Source: Puniceicoccales bacterium (GTDB lineage: Bacteria; Verrucomicrobiota; Verrucomicrobiia; Opitutales; JAIRKQ01). From it: a DNA stretch of 57,969 nucleotides. Positions 1 through 6,863 of this stretch are shown here, piece after piece. Under the pieces are notes generated by a model. The model saw only the letters and a list, made by a program, of their open reading frames with translations, did not search any database and had not been told where the DNA came from. Positions within the stretch are counted from its first letter, which is position 1; every line of letters starts with the position of its first letter. Made by a program: the position numbers and the translations under genes. The stretch spans positions 1-57,969 of the forward strand of contig JAIRXJ010000017.1 of the NCBI GenBank assembly GCA_031268375.1, read 5' to 3'.

Positions 1-837
1 TTGTGTGGCTTGGTCTGGCGTTAACGTAGGGAAATTTTCCACTGACAATCTGTTGTTTATTACCAACTCCGCCAGTTTTCCTGCACCTTCATCACCTTTA
101 GCAAGCAGGGCTTCGGCAAATGCTGGGACTTGGGCTGCATCCAGTTTCACTTTGTCGGCTATTACCAACTCCGCCAGTTTGTCCACACCACCTTCATCAC
201 CTTTAGCAAGCAGGGCTCCGGCAAATGCTGGGACTTGGGCTGCATCCAGTTTCACTTTGTCGCCTTTTACCAACTCCGCCAGTTTGTCCACACCACCTTC
301 ATCACTTTTAGCAAACAGGGCTTCGGCAAGTTGTTTGGATTGGGCTGGGGTCAAACTCTTCAGGCCAAGGTCTGGCATTTTGTTGCCTATTAGCAACCCT
401 GCCAGTTCTCCTTCCCCACCAGCCTTAAGCACGGCTCCAACAAATGCTTGGATTTTAGCTTCGTCTGCGTTCAGATTATTCAGGTCAAGGTCTGGCACTT
501 TGCCGGCTTTTACCAACTCCGCCAGTTTGTCCACACCACCTTCATCACCTTTAGCAAGCAGGGCTTCGGCAAGTTGTTTGGCTTGGTCTGCAGACAACTC
601 AGGGAAGTTATCCACTGACAATCTGTTGTTTATTACCAACTCTGCCAGTTCTCCTGCTCCACCTTTAGCAAGCAGGGCTCCAACAAATGCTTGGATTTTA
701 GCTTCGTCTGCGTTCAGACTATTCAGGTCAAGGTCTGGCACTTTGCTGGCTTTTACCAACTCTGCCAGTTTGTCCACACTACCTTCACCATCTTTAGCAA
801 GCAGGGCTTCGGCAAGTTGTTTGGCTTGGTCTGGCGT
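1..837 (-). pseudogene. Distal part of the tandem-repeat gene, separated from ORF 838..1599 only by one in-frame TGA; partial, runs off the left edge
   Basis: Reverse-complement translation in the frame of ORF 838..1599 continues ...ENFPT-[TGA 838-840]-TPDQAKQLAEALLAKDGEGSVDKLAELVKASKVPDLDLNSLNADEAKIQAFVGALLAKGGAGELAELVINNRLSVDNFPELSADQAKQLAEALLAKGDEGGVDKLAELV... I found no tta/cta/tca codon in that frame down to nt 1. It is missing from the ORF track only because it has no stop inside the window. Confidence 0.6.
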
Positions 838-985
838 TCACGTAGGGAAATTTTCCACTGACCATCTGTTGTGGATTACCAACTCTGCCAGTTTGTCTGC
901 TCCACTTTCACCTCCTTCACCTCCTTTAGCAGCAAGCAGGGCTCCGGCAAATGCTGAGACTTGCTCTTGGCTTAGACTATTCAGG
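1..985. repeat. Coding tandem repeats with 105-bp units and a 243-bp higher-order period
   Basis: ccaactccgccagtttgtccacaccaccttcatcac recurs at 165 and 270 (105 bp apart). caggtcaaggtctggcactttgc recurs at 481 and 724 (243 bp apart). Both strands are open because of the repeat composition. Confidence 0.85.
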
Positions 986-1599
986 TTAAAATGGTTGTCT
1001 TCCTTTACTAACGCATCAAAAACTGCAAGTTTGCCTATGGGATTGGATATGGTGCAGAATCCGCCAATAATTTCGTTAGTACTGGTGCTCGGGCAAAATT
1101 TTAACAAATTTTTCGTGTTCTCTTCGATGGAGGCTTCATTTCCTGGCAATGCAATGAAATCAAATGCAGCCTTCAGAAAGTCAGATTTGTTTTGGATTTC
1201 ATTAAAAGCTCTTTTGGCAAGATCGGTGTTACGGTCATAGCCTTTGCAGAAAAATTTTTTCAACCAAGTAAAAAATCTTGTAAAATAACTAACCTTATAC
1301 TTCCCTGCATTGAGCTCATTGATTAAATTTGTAAATTCTGTCTCAGGATTTTGCTTATCGTCCACTGGCTCACCGCTTTCTCTCATTTCAGAGCTCCCAG
1401 AGCTCTCTGAAGTGGAATCGCTCGGGGTATCTAGAGTTTCAGCGGTCCGAACGTTTAAAGACCCTTGTGTTTTTAATCCAAAGCTTTTATTTAGAGCTTG
1501 GGTGATTGTTGGGTTTACAGAAGCAATGCGAGATTTTGGCTGCGAACCCTGAGTATTATTAATGGGTTGACCTGGATCGTAATTGACTGGTGTTGACAT
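838..1599 (-). CDS. Hypothetical repeat protein, N-terminal portion: S/T/P/Q-rich low-complexity N-terminus, helical middle, first ALLAKG..LAELV repeat. Effector-like orphan
   Basis: 253-aa ORF in the track with ATG at 1597-1599. It ends at TGA 838-840 inside a repeat unit. No recognisable enzymatic motif. Confidence 0.7.
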   Translation of the reverse strand: MSTPVNYDPGQPINNTQGSQPKSRIASVNPTITQALNKSFGLKTQGSLNVRTAETLDTPSDSTSESSGSSEMRESGEPVDDKQNPETEFTNLINELNAGKYKVSYFTRFFTWLKKFFCKGYDRNTDLAKRAFNEIQNKSDFLKAAFDFIALPGNEASIEENTKNLLKFCPSTSTNEIIGGFCTISNPIGKLAVFDALVKEDNHFNLNSLSQEQVSAFAGALLAAKGGEGGESGADKLAELVIHNRWSVENFPT

Positions 1600-1928
1600 A
1601 CTTAAAAAAATATATTCCTAAACGGGACAAAGTTTACAGAATTTACAGGCTCCGGCAAGAATGTCAAATTTTTAACGAAAATTTTGTGCTTAACGGGAAG
1701 ATAATCTACATCGTTTGCAATGGTTTGAAATGGCAAGAGTCGAGAGAGTACAATCCGTTCAAGACGAAGACATGTAAAAAAGGCAATCGAGGATTGTAAA
1801 ACAATTGATATGAATATGATTTTATGTACAATATCTTTCCATTATGAGTATGAGAATAACAGATGAGCCAACGCCAACATACAAATTCTCTCCGTCTATA
1901 AGACTACGAATCTGGTGCCTAACGGCTT

Positions 1929-1956
1929 GAGGGTTCGAGTCCCTCCTCGAACACCA
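1929..1956 (+). other. tRNA 3-prime-end-like module (T-arm, 3-prime acceptor strand, discriminator A, CCA) lacking a 5-prime half; possible tRNA remnant or att scar
   Basis: GAGGG-TTCGAGT-CCCTC is a perfect 5-bp T-stem with a canonical 7-nt T-loop. It is followed by CTCGAAC-A-CCA. The complementary 5-prime acceptor strand (GTTCGAG or G-U variants) and a D arm or anticodon arm are not found in the 330 nt upstream. Confidence 0.4.
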
Positions 1957-2165
1957 CCACCGATAAATCCAGGGATTGCGGGGGATGGGGGAAACATAAA
2001 ACAGGGCATAAAGGAAAGTCCATGGACGGAAAACTAAAAGGTCCGAGGTTTTTGTTTTTCCGTGAGGATATGCAGAAATCCCCTTGGAAGCCCCAGTCAT
2101 TGTTTTTTTGTTGCCGTTAAATAACTTGAATTATTGCTAGTAGAATGTAAATATTTGCCATCCTA

Positions 2166-2951
2166 ATGGGTGAAAATAAATCATTGTCACACTGCTTATT
2201 TAGCGTACGCATGCGAGCTGCAACCAATGGCAGTAATGGAAAAGAAAAACAGCATTTATCCGGCTGTGAACGTTTAGTATCCGACGATCAAATGACTACG
2301 GTTGTTCAAAATCTTCTCCAGAGGGTTTTAACACACACACGTGGTGAGGCGGATACCATCAATATTCAAATCGACAAAATAGATGGAGCAACAATTCGCC
2401 TAGTATCTGCTTTAAAAATAGAATCATTGGAATTTGCGACCGTGGAGCAAGCCTATGGCAGTGCCATTGCCTCACTCGTTGAGTTTGGGGTTTCCAAAAC
2501 CGCAGCATGCAAAGGTGTTGAATTGATCAAAAATTTGTCGGCAAGCATGAGGGGAGGAATGGTCCTAGATGCTATCACCGGTGAACGCATCGATAGTTTT
2601 GGCGACCGTGGGATTCGATTATCTCACATGGACTGTGAAAATGAATCCGCATTTTTGAGCTATTTAGTCGAATCCGGTATAGGCGGTGAAAAGGTCCGCG
2701 AAGCCATGATATTAGCTTCGAAGGCAGCATTTGCAAAGAATTACATAGCAGAGTTGTGTTGGTCCGATGATCCGCACTACGTTACCGGATATGTTGCTTC
2801 CAAGGAAATTTATAGGAGACTTTCTCCAATGAAACTGAAAGAGGACTATATCGGTGGGCGTATGTTTTTTGTTAAACCGAATGCAAACCTCGATGATTTG
2901 ATTGATTTTTTCGAACATCAACCAGTATTGGTGAAAACTTTGCGGAAATAA
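2166..2951 (+). CDS. bioW: 6-carboxyhexanoate--CoA ligase (pimeloyl-CoA synthetase)
   Basis: N-terminus LFSVRMRAATNGSNGKEKQHLSGCERLV and C-terminal AELCWSDDPHYVTGYVASK match BioW as I recall the Bacillus protein (FYSVRMRA...HISGGERL; AELCWSDDPDYITGYVAGK). It lies 2 nt upstream of bioF. Confidence 0.85.
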   Translation: MGENKSLSHCLFSVRMRAATNGSNGKEKQHLSGCERLVSDDQMTTVVQNLLQRVLTHTRGEADTINIQIDKIDGATIRLVSALKIESLEFATVEQAYGSAIASLVEFGVSKTAACKGVELIKNLSASMRGGMVLDAITGERIDSFGDRGIRLSHMDCENESAFLSYLVESGIGGEKVREAMILASKAAFAKNYIAELCWSDDPHYVTGYVASKEIYRRLSPMKLKEDYIGGRMFFVKPNANLDDLIDFFEHQPVLVKTLRK

Positions 2952-2953
2952 AT

Positions 2954-4150
2954 ATGCATGGGGAAACATATTGGCAATCTGAAATTGAAAAGTGCCATCG
3001 CATGAATTTAACGAGAAATATTCCAATGCTAAAATTTCTCGATGGAACGCATGGTGTAACCGAGACTGGCCATAGACTTTTCGTAGCATGTACCAACGAC
3101 TATTTGGGGCTACGATTTCATCCCGAAGTCATAGAATCCGCACAAAAGTGTGGGTGTGGTGGTTTTGGATCCAGCGGAGCGCGGTTAACAACGGGGGCAC
3201 ATCCACTGGCGAATCAATTGGAAAAAGAATTGGCAGATTTCAAACGTTCCGAAGCGGCATTGATATTCAATACCGGGTATATGGCAAACATCGGTCTAAT
3301 CTCAACCGTTGGTTGCAGCGGAGACGTGATATTCAGTGATGAAAAGAACCATGCTAGCATAATCGATGGTTGCAAACTTTCCCATGCCAAGGTAGTGATT
3401 TATCCCCACCGCGACGTTGGTCGGCTACGGGAACTGTTGAATGAACATCGAAGTGGGCAGTCGTGCTTTATTATTACGGAAGGGGTTTTTAGTATGGATG
3501 GAACCGTTGCCCCATTGCCAGAACTATTGCAACTGGCAGAAAGTTTCGATGCCCATATTGTCATCGATGATGCTCATGCGTTGGGTGTTTTAGGAGAGAG
3601 AGGGCACGGGACATTGGAATATTTCAATATTTTACCAAATCCACGCATCATACAAGTTGGAACATGCAGCAAAGCACTCGGAAGCCTGGGTGGTTTTGTT
3701 TGTGGGTCCAAATGTCTAATTCAATACCTGTGCCAGCGTTCTCGCCCTTTCATATGTTCCACAATGCTTCCAAGCTCGGTATTAGCAGCTTCGTCGAAGT
3801 CTTTACAAATCTTGCAAAGTCAGCCTGAAAGAGTGCACAGACTGAAACAGCTTTCGGAGATGGCGAAAAGTATTTTTTCAGAGTGTGGAATGACATTCCT
3901 TCCGGAAGCCGTAGCTATTTTACCCATAATCGTCGGAGATGAAACTAGGACGATGAAGATTTTCGAAAACCTTTACCAACAAGGAATTTATTTGGCAGCA
4001 ATTCGCTATCCTTCGGTTCCTCTCGGCCACGCACGGCTAAGACTTTCCGTCTGTTCCGAATATGGGGAAGATGAATGGAAAGATGTACTGTCACGCATAG
4101 TCAACACCATCAAAACGATTACTGGAGATTCCCATGGCCGGTTCCCATAA
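2954..4150 (+). CDS. bioF: 8-amino-7-oxononanoate synthase (alpha-oxoamine synthase family, PLP-dependent)
   Basis: Motifs NDYLGL, FNTGYMAN, HASIIDG, DDAHALGVLG and the PLP-lysine context GTCSKALGSLGG. Adjacent to bioW. Confidence 0.85.
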   Translation: MHGETYWQSEIEKCHRMNLTRNIPMLKFLDGTHGVTETGHRLFVACTNDYLGLRFHPEVIESAQKCGCGGFGSSGARLTTGAHPLANQLEKELADFKRSEAALIFNTGYMANIGLISTVGCSGDVIFSDEKNHASIIDGCKLSHAKVVIYPHRDVGRLRELLNEHRSGQSCFIITEGVFSMDGTVAPLPELLQLAESFDAHIVIDDAHALGVLGERGHGTLEYFNILPNPRIIQVGTCSKALGSLGGFVCGSKCLIQYLCQRSRPFICSTMLPSSVLAASSKSLQILQSQPERVHRLKQLSEMAKSIFSECGMTFLPEAVAILPIIVGDETRTMKIFENLYQQGIYLAAIRYPSVPLGHARLRLSVCSEYGEDEWKDVLSRIVNTIKTITGDSHGRFP

Positions 4151-4685
4151 TTTCCAAGGCTTTTTTACCTTTGAAAAAATCTTCCCACCTTCTTTCTCTG
4201 CTACTTTTCTCACCAACGCAATCGTCTAATCTTTTCTTCCTTTCTTGTTCGACTTTTCAATGGGAACAGATCTTGGAAACCAAAATCTAGGTTTAATCTG
4301 GATGGGGACAACATCAAAACCAAGAAAAGAAAGGAGATTTTTCCTTTCGAAATTTTCATGGAATCCTACCTGTACAGCGGTGTTATTTACCTTGCTTTTT
4401 TGTCATAATTTTATATGTTTATATCAGTAAAGGTACCATGAAAAATCTATTGGATGTAAAAATTTGGCCTATGGGATGGGTTTTTCTAAAAAATTATGTG
4501 GCCAATATTGGTGATATTTTAATAGGGTATTGTTCTGTAAATTTGCCGGTACCGTAAAAGTCATGTTTTATGGTTAATTATAATGAAATGCTTTACTTAG
4601 GTTGAAATTTTTACAGTAATTTAATATGGGTTCATTTATCGATTTTCTCACCTGGAAAAATCTAAAAATTTAAAACATAGACAAA

Positions 4686-5543
4686 ATGATAATAGTTGCA
4701 GACACCATAGATGGTATTGAGAAAAGGCTAAAGGTCGCCGATGGTAACACCTTGGTGGTGTTTGATTGCGATGAAGTACTAACGACGCTTTCTGAACAGG
4801 TTTGGCAAGCTCGAAATCATGATTTTTTCGTCGAATGGTGCGCTAAGAATATTTCTAATTTTTCAGAGGAAGCATTATACGAAATTGCAACGTCCATTTT
4901 AGTATCCAGCAAGAATCTTTTGGTAAATCAGCGAATGCCGGAGCTTGTCGAGAGTTTGCATAGAAGAAATATAAAATCCATCGTCCTAACTGCGCTTTCC
5001 ACACAGCCCGTTTCCACCATAAGGGACCCGATGGCGTGGAGAATATCAACATTGGAAAATTTCGGATATAATTTTAAGATGTTCTGGCCTTCATTGTCCG
5101 ATAAACATTTTAAAGAACTTGGGGAAGAATACCCGCCAGCCTATGGCTCGGGAGTAATTTGCTGCGGGAGTATTCCCAAATCCCGGTGCTTGATGGGATT
5201 TCTTGCATACGCCAACGTTATGCCGGACGAAATAATTTTCATAGATGATAAAATGGAACACCTAGAAGATGTTAATGCTCAATGCGACCTTGCGAAGATT
5301 GAATTTCTTGGAATTAGATATACGGAATCCCATAAATTGGTTTCAACTATCCCCTTTTGTGCAAGCAAAATTAAGTATCAATTGACAGTTTTAAAAGAAA
5401 AAAACATCTGGATACCCGATAGTGCCATTGAAGAAAATTTAGCATCGGGCTCTAAGTTTGAATATCAACTAGCAACCCCAAAGAAAGAAACATCAACGCT
5501 GGACACAAAGGAGCTATCCGTTTCGATCTCAGAATTAAAGTGA
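4686..5543 (+). CDS. HAD-superfamily-like hydrolase, orphan
   Basis: Motif I-like VVFDCDEVL (DxDxV) near the N-terminus and a late acidic motif IIFIDDK. No other homology recognised. Confidence 0.5.
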   Translation: MIIVADTIDGIEKRLKVADGNTLVVFDCDEVLTTLSEQVWQARNHDFFVEWCAKNISNFSEEALYEIATSILVSSKNLLVNQRMPELVESLHRRNIKSIVLTALSTQPVSTIRDPMAWRISTLENFGYNFKMFWPSLSDKHFKELGEEYPPAYGSGVICCGSIPKSRCLMGFLAYANVMPDEIIFIDDKMEHLEDVNAQCDLAKIEFLGIRYTESHKLVSTIPFCASKIKYQLTVLKEKNIWIPDSAIEENLASGSKFEYQLATPKKETSTLDTKELSVSISELK

Positions 5544-5804
5544 CGGAATGGAAATGTCCGAAAAATTAACCTAACCTGTGGACGGAGAAAGCTTCTATCT
5601 CATGGAGCAAACCTCATTATTCCTCGGTCTCGAGGCAGAGAATTTCTTTGCTTAAAATTTGCTAAAAGTATGTCAAAGCCGTGGGGATAGGAAATCTCAT
5701 TTTCTAGCCTGGAGTCCCATTTGCTCATTTGCAAAGAATTCACATATTATCCATGAATTTCCGTTGACGGACGTAGGAAGGAAAATACACTGCCGTAAAA
5801 TGGG

Positions 5805-6506
5805 TTGAGTATGGACAAAAAAAATTTTATCACCGTGGTGGTTATGGGTTGTTTAAATTTTTGTCATAGTTCAACGGTAACCGCTGCACTAGAAAAAACC
5901 GTAGAGGAATCCATTATGCCACCTCTACACCGTCGGGCAAATGCATTTTGGACATCGGTTAACCATGGAGGCACACAGACTTTTTCGCTGGAAGATACAA
6001 GAAGACCTGGCATCTGGAAGAAAGGTATCGCCATGGTGGGCAGCATCCCAAGGTATACGCGAAATGTAGAAATTGATAGCAGCCCCCTGAGATCCATGGA
6101 GGAGAGTGAGAAAGATACCATTAATGCCATTGACGCTACCGCCCATGCCACAAAGAAATCTAAGAAGAAGAAGAAGGATGTGGAGGAGTCGATCCATCGA
6201 TCCCGCTACCAGAACCTGGTATTGGAAAACGCTGCCCAGGCATACCATGACCACCCCAACGACATTGATGGTTATAGGAATGCCCTTAGGGAGTCCCTCA
6301 AGGACTTTCCGATACCTCCTGACCACCGCCATGAATATGAAGCCATACTGCTCGACGAAGAAGCGAGGTATTTCCACTTCATACTGTCTGAGAAAGCTGA
6401 CAGGGGGAAGGGTATGAAAACCATACTTATTATACTTAAAAATAGCATTTGGTGGGTAGCGTGTTCCCTCTTGATTATTCTCTTTTTATATGTCTTTATC
6501 AGGTAA
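5805..6506 (+). CDS. Hypothetical protein with hydrophobic N-terminus, poly-Lys tract and C-terminal transmembrane segment
   Basis: 233-aa ORF with TTG at 5805 (ATG at 5811). N-terminal FITVVVMGCLNFC, KKSKKKKKD, and C-terminal IWWVACSLLIILFLYVFI. Confidence 0.45.
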   Translation: MSMDKKNFITVVVMGCLNFCHSSTVTAALEKTVEESIMPPLHRRANAFWTSVNHGGTQTFSLEDTRRPGIWKKGIAMVGSIPRYTRNVEIDSSPLRSMEESEKDTINAIDATAHATKKSKKKKKDVEESIHRSRYQNLVLENAAQAYHDHPNDIDGYRNALRESLKDFPIPPDHRHEYEAILLDEEARYFHFILSEKADRGKGMKTILIILKNSIWWVACSLLIILFLYVFIR

Positions 6507-6863
6507 GATAGCTATACCGCCCCAACGTCGTTGAAGCCCGCTGTTGTATCATCGTCTCCTCCATTCCTGCCGAATACCATTCCCATCTGCGGAATAACAT
6601 CTACGAAAACGCTAGAAGGGATCCATACGCGGGCGGACAGGGAACACTTAGCATTTAGGATTATGCTAGTAACATTTTCATCCACCTACCGGGGGACCAG
6701 CGATGATAGAAGGTCCCTTGACATGTTTGGCAATGCACCCTATAAGCCCCGAAAGTGCCCCCAACCACCTGAGGAATATGCAATCATTTGCAAAGAAATT
6801 CAAGTACGTGCCCCATGGGTATGTGGAAAAAATCAGTGTCCGTGTGAATGGGCAGAAGGGTGC

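Noticed and set aside
493-507. TGGCAC...GC resembling a sigma-54 -24/-12 element
   Set aside because: It lies inside the coding repeat and recurs simply because the repeat recurs. The -12 TTGC is not matched (CGGC).
5-1240. 411-aa plus-strand ORF across the first repeat array
   Set aside because: It is antisense to the repeat gene. Its product is low-complexity (S/A/P/L-rich), and it has no non-repeat domain logic. The minus frame joins seamlessly to a unique N-terminal domain (838..1599). The open antisense frame is a by-product of repeat composition.
1929-1956. tmRNA 3-prime end
   Set aside because: The acceptor strand CTCGAAC cannot give the G1-C72/G2-C71/G3-U70 stem. I found no GGGG...TTCGAC 5-prime end and no tag-like reading frame ending in ..AA-stop within 1600-1930. 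A permuted arrangement also fails, because there is no matching 5-prime strand downstream.
2012-2020. GGAAAGTCC, resembling the RNase P RNA conserved region
   Set aside because: Only this 9-mer matches. The other conserved RNase P blocks are absent. bioW begins 146 nt downstream, which leaves no room for a 350-nt RNA.
1822-2100. 92-aa minus-strand ORF
   Set aside because: It overlaps the tRNA-like module and G/C-run segment. It has no plausible protein features and is most likely spurious.
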